A stretch of 64,000 nt of DNA from Ostreococcus lucimarinus (lineage: Eukaryota): NCBI GenBank assembly GCA_000092065.1, contig CP000591.1; one strand, written 5' to 3'. A program made the position numbers and the translations under genes. Below are positions 43,117 to 53,667 of the stretch, one piece after another. Numbering within the stretch: the first letter of the stretch is position 1; each line of letters starts with the position of its first letter. The notes under the pieces are model-generated. The model was given only the letters and a program-made list of their open reading frames with translations. It made no database searches and was not told the DNA's origin.

Positions 43117-43656
43117 CTAATCGCCGAGCGCGCGTCGAACGCCGTCGAGCGCGCGCTCGACCGCGGGCGCCACCAACCGACTCGCGAGCTCGGCGGTCGA
43201 TCGCAACTCTCGACACGACGCCTTCAACGCCGCCACGTCCGATTTCACGCGCTCGATCGACGGATTCTCGCGCGAGACGGACGCGCGCTCGACCGCCCAC
43301 GACGCCTTGTCCACCTCGTGCGCGGCTCGCGCCTCCGCCGCCATCTTTCGATATCGCTCCACCCTTCGCGTCCACTCAGAATCCCTCTTTATCAACGCTC
43401 GTCGCAGCGCCGCCATCTCCGCGCTCCACCGCGCCTCGAACTCGCGCTCGGCGTCCGCGATTCGCGTTCGCAACCGCGCGTTCTCTTCCTCCAGCGCGTC
43501 GATCGTCCGCGCCGTCGCCGCCGCCGTCTCGTCGCCTCGCCGACGTCGACGCGCGTCGTCCTCGTCCTTCGCGCGTCGTCCCGCGGCGATCCACGCCGGC
43601 GTGCGTTCGAGCGCGACGTTTTCGTCGTCGTCGTCGGAATCATTCGCCCCGCGCAT
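43117..43656 (-). CDS. hypothetical coiled-coil protein (179 aa)
   Basis: A heptad-like charged pattern with E/R/A repeats is present. No domain was recognised. Confidence 0.3.
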   Translation of the reverse strand: MRGANDSDDDDENVALERTPAWIAAGRRAKDEDDARRRRRGDETAAATARTIDALEEENARLRTRIADAEREFEARWSAEMAALRRALIKRDSEWTRRVERYRKMAAEARAAHEVDKASWAVERASVSRENPSIERVKSDVAALKASCRELRSTAELASRLVAPAVERALDGVRRALGD

Positions 43657-43751
43657 CAGCGCCGACTGCGCGTCGGAATCGTCGCGTCGTCAGTCGCGCC
43701 GCGCGTCGGCGAATCGAATCGCATCGCGCGCACCGGCAGCGACCACATGGA

Positions 43752-43782
<31 letters not shown>

Positions 43783-43811
43783 CGCATCGCGACGTCACAG
43801 CGCGTCGCGCT

Positions 43812-44446
43812 GTGTCGATGCGCATCGCCACCGCCGTCGCGCGCGCGCGCGCGGCGTCGGCGCCGCCGCGCGCGGCGCACCGCGCGCGCGCGAACGCGTC
43901 GCGCGTTTCGCGCGCGCGTCGCCGCCGCGCGTCGACGCCGGCGGCGTCGTCGACGAGGTTTGATTTAATTCTCCCGGGCGACGACGCGTTCGAGCGCTTG
44001 CGACCGCGCGACGACGACGAGGACGACGACGACGAGGACGACGACGACGAGGACGAGGACGACGCGACGGCGCCGCGCGCGCCGACGGTCGGTCGCACGG
44101 GTCGCGCGCTCGTGGCGCGGTGGCGCGTGGACGCGCGGTTCGGACGCAAGGCGGCGGCTCGGGACGCGCTGAAGCTCTGGGCGCGCGCGATCGGCGCCGA
44201 GGCCGGCGTGTCGAGCGATAGGTTTACGGTGTGCTCTGGGTACATCGGTGGACGGGAGGGCGCGCTGGAGCTCAGGGTGGATGGGTTCGGGACGCTCGGG
44301 GAGGTGGAGGCGTTTCTGAGCGGCGTGCCGCGGGAAAAACACGCGGCGTGGGGGAACGCGTTCGCGGAGAACATCGTCGATGGGACGCCGGAGTGGGTGA
44401 TCATGGACGTGAGTGGGGTCGGGGAGAGCGCGGGAGGGGAAACCGG

Positions 44447-44482
<36 letters not shown>

Positions 44483-44630
44483 CGCGCGGACGCCGAGGAA
44501 AAAGTACGAAGACGTCGACGAGAGCGAGCTCGTGCCGGGAACGACGCTTCCGGACGGACGCGTGGTCGTGGAAGATTGGAAGGGAGACCCGATGGTTTTG
44601 AACCCGGGAGATAGGATGCCGAGGTTCTAA
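43812..44630 (+). CDS. hypothetical protein (272 aa) with acidic tract
   Basis: The central region is non-repetitive (TVCSGYIGGREGALELRVDGFGTLGEVEAFL). It is flanked by poly-Asp/Glu and poly-Ala tracts. Confidence 0.3.
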
Positions 44631-44789
44631 TTTTTGCTCGGACGCGCGCGATGCGGGCGCGAGGGATTTCTTTCTATGTGCGTGTAATGTTTTCAACAAG
44701 TTTTCGTCTAAAATTTCAACTGTTTCTCGTCGGCGCGCGCGGCTATGTTGATTGTCGTGTCGTTAGCGTGGAATCACCTCGTCGTCGCA

Positions 44790-45605
44790 TCACTGCGTCA
44801 TAGTGATAAAGAATTCATCGTCTCCGCCGCTCTCGCTCGTGGGAGAACGAGTGAGAGGCGAATACGGGTGCGCGCGAGAGCTCGACGACGCCTCTCGCTC
44901 CGCCGCGAACCGCGGCGCTCGCGGAGGCAAACCCGCATCGTACGCGTCCGTACCGGTGTCTTGACTCAGCGACACCATACCGGGCGTTCCAGGCGTTCGC
45001 GCGGAATCGCTCATCGAACCCATTCCTGGGCTCAGCGTACCGTTCGCGATCGCTCGCGCTCGCGCCAAACGAATCGCATCCGTCGCCCGTCGACTGCGCG
45101 CGATGATTCGATCGCGAATCCTGTGCTTCTCCCGCTCCTCGCGCACGTTCTCCGGCGTGAACCCTCTAGGTAACGGCGCTTGACACGTCGGACACTTTTG
45201 AATATTATGTTCCCTGCACTGCACCAAACAGCATCGATGAAACACGTGTCGGCACGTCAACCCGGTGACGAGTTCCACTTTATCTGGATTATCGCTCGCC
45301 TCCGGCCTCGTTCGATCCAACGGGCTCTGACACACCGCGCAATCGCTCTCACCGTACGCATACCTCGGCGTCTTCACGCTCCCCGGGGTTTTCATCACCA
45401 ATCCTCGTCCGCCGCTCGTCGCCTTGGGCGTGGCGAACAGCAACCCGTCCCGAATCGCATCCGCCAGCATTTCCGCCGCCTCCTCGCTCGACGCGCTCCC
45501 GACCGACGCTCGAGAGAGCGGCGGTGACGAAGAAAATATAGAATCGCGCTCCCGAGACGTCGTCGACGTCGGCGTCGACGTCGGCGTGCGCATGATATCC
45601 GTCAT
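44790..45605 (-). CDS. RING-H2 finger protein (putative E3 ubiquitin ligase)
   Basis: The C3H2C3 spacing is present (CAVCQSPL...CRHVFHRCCLVQCREHNIQKCPTCQ). Confidence 0.65.
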   Translation of the reverse strand: MTDIMRTPTSTPTSTTSRERDSIFSSSPPLSRASVGSASSEEAAEMLADAIRDGLLFATPKATSGGRGLVMKTPGSVKTPRYAYGESDCAVCQSPLDRTRPEASDNPDKVELVTGLTCRHVFHRCCLVQCREHNIQKCPTCQAPLPRGFTPENVREEREKHRIRDRIIARSRRATDAIRLARARAIANGTLSPGMGSMSDSARTPGTPGMVSLSQDTGTDAYDAGLPPRAPRFAAEREASSSSRAHPYSPLTRSPTSESGGDDEFFITMTQ

Positions 45606-45849
45606 TTCGCCGTCGATTCCAAAACCAAACGCCGCGCTCTCGAACGAATCGAGCGCCGCTCGCGCGGTCGTCGCGCCCGTTCCGACGCGTCGCCGCGCGC
45701 GCAGAACGCGCGGTGACGCGCGTTACGTTCGCCGACCGCGTCTCGCGCGGCACCGGGCGACGTCGGCGTCGTGGACTGACGCGCGCGTCTCGACCGGGAC
45801 GCCGCGTTTGAATCGGCGCCGTCGTTCCCCTCTGCGATCGAGCGACGCG

Positions 45850-46641
45850 TCAGAGCAATATCGAGACGCGAGTGAGCACGGCAACACCGATGGCGAGCAA
45901 AATGAAGGCGAACACACACGACCTGTGCGCGCAAAAGGCGTGAACGATGGCGTACGCGCACGCCAACGGAGCGCACGCGTACAGGCAGCACCGCTCGCCG
46001 CGCGAGACGTCGCCGATTCGCTCGGCGCCGATTTCCAAGTCGCGCGCGCGCGCGTCGTCGTCTCGCGCGTCGTCGTCCCTCGCGCTCGCGCTCGACGACG
46101 ACGACACGGTTCGAGCGCGATACTTCTCGCGACGTAATCGTCGCTCCTTTCGCAGCTCGGCGCGCGTCGGCACGTTCGTCATTCGCTCGAGACAAATTTC
46201 GCAGTCGGCCGACTTGCGCGGCGCGCGCAGCACCCACGCCTCTAGACACTCGGCGTCGACGTGCACGACTCCCGAAACGCACGCGCACCCCAGTCGTACC
46301 GCGCGCGCATCGCGTATATCTTCGCGCGTGACGTCGAACAAACAGACCCGACACGCACCGACGAAGTCTTCTTCTTCTTCTTCTTCGTCGTTCGCGTCGT
46401 TCGCGTCGTCCCCGTCGTCCCGAACTCCATCGCCCGCATCGTCCCCATCCCGCGCGCTCGCGCCCATCGCCCACCCCCCGGTCTCGCGTACGACCACGAC
46501 CACGTCGTCGCCGCTTCCGCGATCCCTCCGCGCCGCTTCCGCGTCGTCGTCGTCTCCCGTCTCGCGTCCCTCGCGTCCGTCTCGCGCCCGCGTCGCCGCC
46601 GCGCGCGTCCTCGTCGTCACCGCGTCGTCCTCGGCGCCCAT
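45850..46641 (-). CDS. RING-CH (MARCH-like) zinc-finger membrane protein
   Basis: The RINGv pattern is present (CRVCLFDV...LGCACVSGVVHVDAECLEAWV...CEIC), with C-terminal TM segments. The acidic N-terminus is of uncertain extent. The overlapping 45602..46807 ORF is Arg-rich and was rejected. Confidence 0.5.
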   Translation of the reverse strand: MGAEDDAVTTRTRAAATRARDGREGRETGDDDDAEAARRDRGSGDDVVVVVRETGGWAMGASARDGDDAGDGVRDDGDDANDANDEEEEEEDFVGACRVCLFDVTREDIRDARAVRLGCACVSGVVHVDAECLEAWVLRAPRKSADCEICLERMTNVPTRAELRKERRLRREKYRARTVSSSSSASARDDDARDDDARARDLEIGAERIGDVSRGERCCLYACAPLACAYAIVHAFCAHRSCVFAFILLAIGVAVLTRVSILL

Positions 46642-46800
46642 CGCGCGCGTCGTCTCCCCGCTCGCGTCGGGTCCTCGCGTCGTCGACCGGTCGTTCGACC
46701 GCGCGTCGCTCGTCGTCGCGATGTGACGCGCGCGCCGTCGTCGTCGGACGCGCGTCGCGCGCGAAAACGGCGGTTCGAATCCCCGAGCCTCGGCGCGTCG

Positions 46801-46830
46801 GTATCAACCCTAAACCCTAAACCCTAAACC
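46801..46830. promoter_or_regulatory. (CCCTAAA)x4 interstitial telomere-like / telo-box array about 70 bp upstream of the DEAD-box helicase start
   Basis: The sequence aaccctaaaccctaaaccctaaaccct is read directly. It contains the AAACCCTAA telo-box three times. Confidence 0.6.
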
Positions 46831-46899
46831 CTACTCGCGAGGCGACAACCGCCGCCGCCGCGCGCGCGACGGCACTCCGACGCGCGCGGCGCCGTCGCG

Positions 46900-47223
46900 A
46901 TGGCGCTCGACGACGACGACGACGGCGCGTTCGTCCTGAACCTCGCCGACGACGGCGACGCCGGCGTCAGGGCGCGCAAGGGCAACCCGCGGCGACGCAC
47001 GGTGGCGCGCGCGTCCAAGAAAGGATGGCGCGGCGGCGGCGACGACGGCGCGACGCGCGCGCGCGAGGGACGGACGAGAGAAAAGCGCGCGCGAGACGAA
47101 GGCGAATGGAATCGCGGACGGGCGCGGACGAAGCGGGAGACGACGCGGGACGGCGCGAGGGGAGGGCGAGGGGCGGGACGCGGGACGCGCGCGCGGGACG
47201 CGGGAGAAGGACCGAAGACGCGG

Positions 47224-47255
<32 letters not shown>

Positions 47256-49233
47256 GGGGGATGCGTTCGAAGTCGTCGGCGCGCGCGATGGTGGGGAAGA
47301 CGACGGGGAGGCAGAGCGCGCGCTGACGTTCGATCCGCGAGATTGGGCGAGTTTGATGAAGCGCGCGGCGGGGACGTCGACGCGCGGCGAAGACGACGGC
47401 GAGGGCGAAAGCGAGAGCGATGGTGAGAGGGACGGCGCGGAGAGACATCGCGCGCGGGTTTTCGGGAAGGAACCGACGTCGTTCGAAGAGTGCGGGCTTC
47501 CGGCGTCGATGGTGAAGCACTTGATGGAGAATGTGGGGTTCGGCGCGCCGACGGCGGTGCAGGCGAAGACGATTCCGCGATTGTTGGCGGGACGGGACGT
47601 TTTAGTGCGCGCGGAGACGGGGTCGGGGAAGACGCTGAGTTACATCGCGCCGTTGTATAGTAAAATTGGAGGGATCACGCCGCGAGTGACTCGAGAGGAA
47701 GGCACGCGAGGGTTGGTGCTCGTGCCGACGAGAGAGTTGGCGACGCAAGTCGAGGACACGGCGCGGCGCGTCGGACGGCCGTTTCATTGGGTGGTCACGA
47801 GCTCGATCATGGGAGGCGAAAATCGGGCGAAAGAGAAAGCGCGATTGCGCAAAGGCGTTTCGCTGTTGATCGCCACTCCGGGTCGGCTTTTGGACCACTT
47901 GCGCATGACGGAGTCGTTCAACGTCGACAACTTGCGATGGCTCGTCCTCGACGAAGCCGATCGACTATTAGATTTGGGATTTGAAGAGGATTTGAACGCG
48001 ATTCTCAACGAAATCGGTCGACGCACCGAGGGCGCGAGTCTGTGCACGGCGCTGTTGTCCGCCACGCTCACGCCCGGGACGGCGCGTTTGGCCGAGCGAA
48101 TGACGGATCCGGTGACCATCGTCGTCGAGCCGGAAAAGGACGATTTGGAAATCGTCGGCGCCGACGGGAGCGATGACGAGGAAGGAGGCACGATGGACGT
48201 CGATGGATTAAAGCGCATGGCGAAAATAATGGCTGGTGGCGAGCGCGTGCGCATGCCCGAAGGGTTGAATCACACCGTGGTCGAAGTTTCCATGAAGGCG
48301 CGACTGCCCGCGTTGGCCGGTTTACTCGCTGGTTGGATGCAAGGATCAATTTCCAAAGCGATCGTGTTCTTTTCCTCGTGCGAATCCGTGGAGTATCACT
48401 ACAAAACCTTGCGCTGGCTCGCCGCGGGAGGCAAAGGAAAGGTGAAAGACGACGATGATTCGATTCAAGGGCCGTACGAAATTTTCCGCCTCCACGGCTT
48501 GCTCAGCCAGGGCGACCGCGCGAGCGTGTTTAGGAACTTTGCCAACACCAAAGCGGGCGTGTTACTGTGCACCGACGTCGGTGCGCGCGGCTTAGACTTC
48601 GTCGGCGTCGGAGCAACGGTGCAAGTCGACGCTCCGACGGACGCGACGACGTACATTCACCGCGTCGGGCGCACCGCCCGCCTCGGATCTGAGGGCGAAG
48701 CCGTGCTCTTTTTACAACCCAAGGAGCGGGAATTCGCAGAAGTGCTCACCGAAAAAGGCGTAAACTTCGCCAACGGTTCCGTCGTCGCGATGTTAGACGT
48801 CTTAGAAGACTCCAAAGACGCGAGCGAACGAGACAAATCGATGTTCAAGAGCATGCCCCATCTCCATCCCGCGTCCCAGCGCATGCTGAAGAAGCTCGTC
48901 GCCAAAGTCGCGAGCGACAAGCAGTACGACGTCTTGGCCAAGGACGCGTTCCGCGCCCACGTACGCGCCTACGCCACCTTCCCTTCCGCATTCAAGCACA
49001 TCTTTCACGTCAAGCGTCTCCATCTCGGTCACGTCGCCGCCGCCTTCGGCTTAAAAGACGCCCCTCAACTCATCGGCGCGAGCGCCACGAAAGCCGCGCT
49101 CAAGGCGCAAAAAGACGCCGCGAGGAAGAAATCCAACGTCGACGCCAGGCGCAAGAAGGATCAGCGCCAGGCCAAGCGCGCGAAAAAGCTCGCACCGCGC
49201 GCCGCGAGTTCTCTGCCCATCGGCGCCGCCTAG
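46900..49233 (+). CDS. DEAD-box ATP-dependent RNA helicase, DDX31/Dbp7-like (ribosome biogenesis type)
   Basis: Helicase motifs are present: Q motif and motif I (PTAVQAKTIPRLLAGRDVLVRAETGSGKTLSY), DEAD (VLDEADRLLDLGF), SAT, motif V (LLCTDVGARGLDF) and motif VI (YIHRVGRTARLG). The N-terminus is charged and low-complexity and the tail is basic. Confidence 0.85.
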
Positions 49234-49370
49234 CGACGCGATCGCCGCGTCATGTAATCATCCGCCGCGCGCGCGCCGCGCGCTGACTGTACCGCGCAGA
49301 CCTCGACCGACGCGTCCACCGCGCTCGACCGCGCTCGACCGTCACACGCGCGCGCGCGCACGAGCCCGAC

Positions 49371-50468
49371 ATGCGCGCGCACGCGCTCTCGCTCTCGCTC
49401 TCTCTCTCTCGCGCGCTCGATGGACGCCGCGCGCGCGCCCCGCGTCGCGCGCGCGTCGACGATTCGACGGCGCGATCGACCTCGACCTCGCGGGGACGCA
49501 TTCGCGCCGTTGGCGGCGACGCGGGACGCGGCGCGCGCGCGATCGAGACGCGAACGAGCGCGCGAAAGACGCGAGACTGCGCGATGGAGGCGTCGAGCGC
49601 GTCGAGCGAACCGCCGAGCGAGTGCGAAGCGAACGGAATCGGGTGCGACTTGGAATTCATGAAGATGGTGCGGGACGACGCGGACAGACCGACGACTGGG
49701 TACGCGCTGCAGGCGACGATATTGGGGTCGTGCGTCCTGATGGGATTGATACTGTACATCTCGTTGGATTTAGGGTCGACGACGTTCGTGAATAACGCGT
49801 GGCAAAAGGTGGTGAACGCGACGGCGAAGAGCGGGTTCACGGCGGCGTTCGCGCTCATCTTCGTGAGCGAGCTCGGGGACAAGACTTTTTTCATCGCGGC
49901 GTTGCTAGCGATGCGCTTAGGAAGGTTGCGAGTGTTGGTAGGGGCGACGAGCGCGTTGGCGGCGATGACGGTGATATCGGTGGCGATCGGGAGGGCTTTT
50001 CAGCGATTACCGAGCTCGTTGATGACGACGCTGCCGGTGGGAGAGTACGCCGCGGTGGCGATGCTCTTGTTTTTTGGGATAAAGACGTTGAGAGACGCGC
50101 TGAGCATGGATCCGAGCGGGGCGACGCCCGAGGACCACGGAGAGTTAGCAGAAGCCACAGAGGTGGTGTGTAAGTCTACGAGCGCGCAAAAGCGCTCGCC
50201 AGGCTTGGCGGCTTTGATCGAGACTTTTTCGTTGATTTTCATCGCCGAGTGGGGCGACAGGAGCATGCTCGCCACCGTCGCGCTCGGCGCGGCACAAAAT
50301 CCCGTCGGCGTCGCTTTCGGCGCGTCGCTCGGACATTTTATCGCCACCTCGATCGCCGTCGTCGGCGGATCGTTACTATCGAAGAGAATCAGTGAACGCA
50401 CAGTCGGCATCGTCGGCGGTTCCCTCTTTCTCGTGTTCGCGTTGTTCACCGCCTTGGGCGTTTTTTAG
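49371..50468 (+). CDS. UPF0016 / GDT1 / PAM71-like cation (Mn2+/Ca2+) transporter with N-terminal transit-peptide-like extension
   Basis: Two E-x-G-D-[KR]-[ST] motifs sit in duplicated three-TM halves (VSELGDKTFFIAALLAM and IAEWGDRSMLATVALG). Confidence 0.8.
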   Translation: MRAHALSLSLSLSRALDGRRARAPRRARVDDSTARSTSTSRGRIRAVGGDAGRGARAIETRTSARKTRDCAMEASSASSEPPSECEANGIGCDLEFMKMVRDDADRPTTGYALQATILGSCVLMGLILYISLDLGSTTFVNNAWQKVVNATAKSGFTAAFALIFVSELGDKTFFIAALLAMRLGRLRVLVGATSALAAMTVISVAIGRAFQRLPSSLMTTLPVGEYAAVAMLLFFGIKTLRDALSMDPSGATPEDHGELAEATEVVCKSTSAQKRSPGLAALIETFSLIFIAEWGDRSMLATVALGAAQNPVGVAFGASLGHFIATSIAVVGGSLLSKRISERTVGIVGGSLFLVFALFTALGVF

Positions 50469-50546
50469 TTAGACCGATCTCGAGTTATTAAATAAATAAA
50501 TTACGAAAGACGATGAATGTGTGTATTACGTATTACGTCGACGCAG

Positions 50547-51497
50547 TCACGGTGGAACCATGCGCGTGAGAAAGAAGATCAATAAAACACCCGCGAACGC
50601 GCCGCCGAGGTGCGCGACGTGATTGACGTTGCCCGCGCCGACGCCGCTCCCCGCCGCGGCGACCATTTTCGCCTCACTCAGAAATCTATCGACCACGAAT
50701 TGCCCGAGAATCACCACTTCTAACAATCTTCGCCAGTTCCAGCTCAATTTCACCAACACACTCACCGCGAACAGCCCGAACACAGCGCCCGAGGCGCCCA
50801 AACTCACCGTCGCCGCGCCGCCGATGCCGAGCACGCCTCCGACGCTCTTAGGCAACAACAACCACGACGCCACGTTCGCCCCGATCCCGGTGACGAGATA
50901 CGACATCCACACCCCGAAAGCTCCCTCCTCTTCCTCCACCAGCTTCCCGAAGATGTACAAAAAAAAGATGTTCGAACTCAAGTGCGCCCAGTTCGCGTGA
51001 CAAAACGTCGACGTCGCGAACTGCCACCACGTCGGTTTCGCGTGATTCAAATACAGCGTCTTCACGAACGCCATGTGCGCCCAGTGATCGCACGCGAACA
51101 ACGCAAAGTTTATGAACAGCAGCGCGAACACGCCGTCGTACGCCGCCGTCCGTCGCGACGGTCCGGCGCCGCGCAGCGCGCCCTTGGCCGCCCGCGCCGC
51201 CCCTCGCGCCGCGTCCCCGGCGTATTTCGCCATCAGCGCTTCCGCGTCCGGCAGCCCCGGGACGTCTGGGAACGAATCGTTTCGTCCCCCTTTCGCCTCG
51301 ACGCGCGCGTTCGCCCTCGCGCGCGCCGTTTCGCGCGTCCGAGGCGCGGCACTTTTGCGCACCTCGACGCGCTTGTCCCCCTCGACGCGTTGAAACGCCC
51401 TCGCGACGCTCTCGCGCGCCCTCGCGCGCGCGCGCGACGTCGACGGCGTCGCGACGCAGCCCCTCGACGCGCTCGCGCGCGCGCGCGCGATCGCCAT
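50547..51497 (-). CDS. rhomboid-family intramembrane serine protease
   Basis: The catalytic GxSG motif (GASGAVFGL) and a downstream catalytic His in a TM helix (NVNHVAHLGGAFAG) are present, with multiple TM helices. The N-terminus is Arg/Ala-rich. Confidence 0.8.
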   Translation of the reverse strand: MAIARARASASRGCVATPSTSRARARARESVARAFQRVEGDKRVEVRKSAAPRTRETARARANARVEAKGGRNDSFPDVPGLPDAEALMAKYAGDAARGAARAAKGALRGAGPSRRTAAYDGVFALLFINFALFACDHWAHMAFVKTLYLNHAKPTWWQFATSTFCHANWAHLSSNIFFLYIFGKLVEEEEGAFGVWMSYLVTGIGANVASWLLLPKSVGGVLGIGGAATVSLGASGAVFGLFAVSVLVKLSWNWRRLLEVVILGQFVVDRFLSEAKMVAAAGSGVGAGNVNHVAHLGGAFAGVLLIFFLTRMVPP

Positions 51498-51837
51498 GGC
51501 GCGCGCGCGACGAACAGTGCCGAAAACACGAATCCAAAAGCGTCCCGAAAAGCGTTAAAGCGTTCGATCCGGAATGGACGCGTCAGAACGACGCGCGACG
51601 TCGGGCGGCGATCGATCGCGCGCGCGACGTCGCGCGCGCGGCGATCGATCGCGCGCGCGCGGACTCGGCGTCGCCACCGCGCGATCGCGCGCGTCGCCGC
51701 CGCGAGAGGTCGCGATCGAGGCGCGAAAACGCCGCCGACGTCGACGGAAAGCGGCGGCCGAGCCCTGATCGGATTGCTCGGAGAATCCGCGCCGTCGCGC
51801 GCGACCGCGGGCGCGCGAGGACGCGAGCGAACGAGAG

Positions 51838-53505
51838 ATGATGCTCGAGAGTCGCGCGGTGATGAACGAACGCGCGATGACGAGCGCGCGGTGCGCGTCG
51901 ACGAGCGGAAAGGCGAGGGCGGGACGAGGGGGCGCGAGGCGGGCGCGAGGGCGAGGCGGACGCGCGAACGCGTTCCGACGAGACGCGTCGCCGTCGAGCA
52001 CGTGCGCGTCGACGCGAGGGAAAAACGATGGAAAGAAAGACGAGAGCGATCGGGGGAAGGCGGAGGGAGGGGCGTTCTCGAGGTATGGGAATAAAAGGTT
52101 GAACTACAGCGACGCGGGGCTTGGGCGGTCAAGGTCAAAGGCTCGAGACGGCGTCGCGAGAGCGTTGGTGGACGTCGAGGGTTATTCCTCGGATCCGAAG
52201 AGTTTTTATAACAGCGTCGATGAGGATGATGAATACAAAGTCGGGGTGTTGCTGCTGAATCTCGGGGGACCGGAGACGTTGGATGACGTGCAGCCGTTTT
52301 TGTACAATTTATTCGCCGACCCGGATATCATTCGTCTGCCGCCTCCGGTGCAGTTTTTACAAGGGTTTTTGGCGAACACGTTGAGCGCGTCGCGGGCGCC
52401 GAAGAGTCGTGAGGCGTACGAGTCCATCGGTGGTGGCTCTCCGCTGCGGAGGATCACCGAGGATCAGGCGAACGCGCTGCAGGCGGCGATGCAAGCGAGA
52501 GGGATCCAGGCGAAGACGTACGTGGGGATGCGATATTGGAAACCGTTCACGGAAGATGCGATCGATGCGATCAAACGAGACGGAGTGACTCGATTAGTGG
52601 TGTTGCCTTTGTACCCGCAGTTCTCCATCAGCACGTCCGGGTCGAGTTTGCGATTGTTGGAGCAATACTTCGCGGAGGACGAAGAGTTGGCGTCGGTTCG
52701 GCACACGGTGATTCCGTCGTGGTATCAGCGTCCAGGGTACGTCAAAGCCATGGCGGTGATGATCGCGCAGACATTGAAGACAAAGTTCGAGGATGACAAG
52801 GAACCGCTCATCTTTTTCTCCGCCCACGGTGTCCCGGTGTCGTACGTAGAACAAGCCGGGGATCCGTACAAGGATGAGATGGAGGCATGCGTGCGTCTCA
52901 TCACGGAGGAGCTCGGCTCGATGGGCGTCAACAACGAGCACGTATTGGCGTATCAATCGCGTGTCGGGCCGGTGGAGTGGCTCAAGCCGTACACCGACGA
53001 CACCATTCGCGAGCTCGGGAAGAAGGGGACAGAGGCGTTGTGCGCCGTGCCGATTTCCTTTGTCAGCGAACACATCGAAACCTTGGAAGAGATCGATATG
53101 GAGTACCGTGAATTGGCCGAAGAGAGCGGCATAAAAAAGTGGGGCAGAGTTCCCGCGCTAGACACCGATCCACTCTTCATCGATGACCTGGCCGACGCCG
53201 TCATCGAGGCTTTGCCGTACACCACGCGCATGAGCAAAACTCGCGCCTCTGCCTCGGGACTCAACGTCCCTCCAGCCGAAGTCGGCGAGCTCCTCGCCTC
53301 TTACGACCGCGCCAAGCTCGCCATCCCCGTGCCCGACAGCTCTCTCCGCACCACCTCGAGCACGAAGCGCGCGGATCAATTCAACGGTTCCTCCGGCGAC
53401 CTCGTCAACGTCGCCATCGTCGTCTTCTTCGTCTTCGTGTTTCTACAATATGTTGCCGGCGCCAACGGTTTATTCGGCCAATTCGGCGTCTTTAGCAACT
53501 GGTAG
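51838..53505 (+). CDS. ferrochelatase with plastid-type C-terminal hydrophobic extension
   Basis: The protein is collinear with HemH ([34 protein letters not shown]...). A C-terminal TM-like tail is present ([17 protein letters not shown]). The N-terminal roughly 110 aa are basic and transit-peptide-like. Confidence 0.85.
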   Translation: MMLESRAVMNERAMTSARCASTSGKARAGRGGARRARGRGGRANAFRRDASPSSTCASTRGKNDGKKDESDRGKAEGGAFSRYGNKRLNYSDAGLGRSRSKARDGVARALVDVEGYSSDPKSFYNSVDEDDEYKVGVLLLNLGGPETLDDVQPFLYNLFADPDIIRLPPPVQFLQGFLANTLSASRAPKSREAYESIGGGSPLRRITEDQANALQAAMQARGIQAKTYVGMRYWKPFTEDAIDAIKRDGVTRLVVLPLYPQFSISTSGSSLRLLEQYFAEDEELASVRHTVIPSWYQRPGYVKAMAVMIAQTLKTKFEDDKEPLIFFSAHGVPVSYVEQAGDPYKDEMEACVRLITEELGSMGVNNEHVLAYQSRVGPVEWLKPYTDDTIRELGKKGTEALCAVPISFVSEHIETLEEIDMEYRELAEESGIKKWGRVPALDTDPLFIDDLADAVIEALPYTTRMSKTRASASGLNVPPAEVGELLASYDRAKLAIPVPDSSLRTTSSTKRADQFNGSSGDLVNVAIVVFFVFVFLQYVAGANGLFGQFGVFSNW

Positions 53506-53667
53506 ACGAGCAATCATAGCTTAAGCATAATCATGAAATTTTACAGCATCACGTAGACCTTTCTTCCGCTTTCGTTCCTCCTTCCCTTCGCCCTCGCGTT
53601 CGGTCGGTCGGTCGGTCGGCGAATCGACCGCGTCACCGTCACTCGTCGCCGCGCCTTCCCGACGCCG

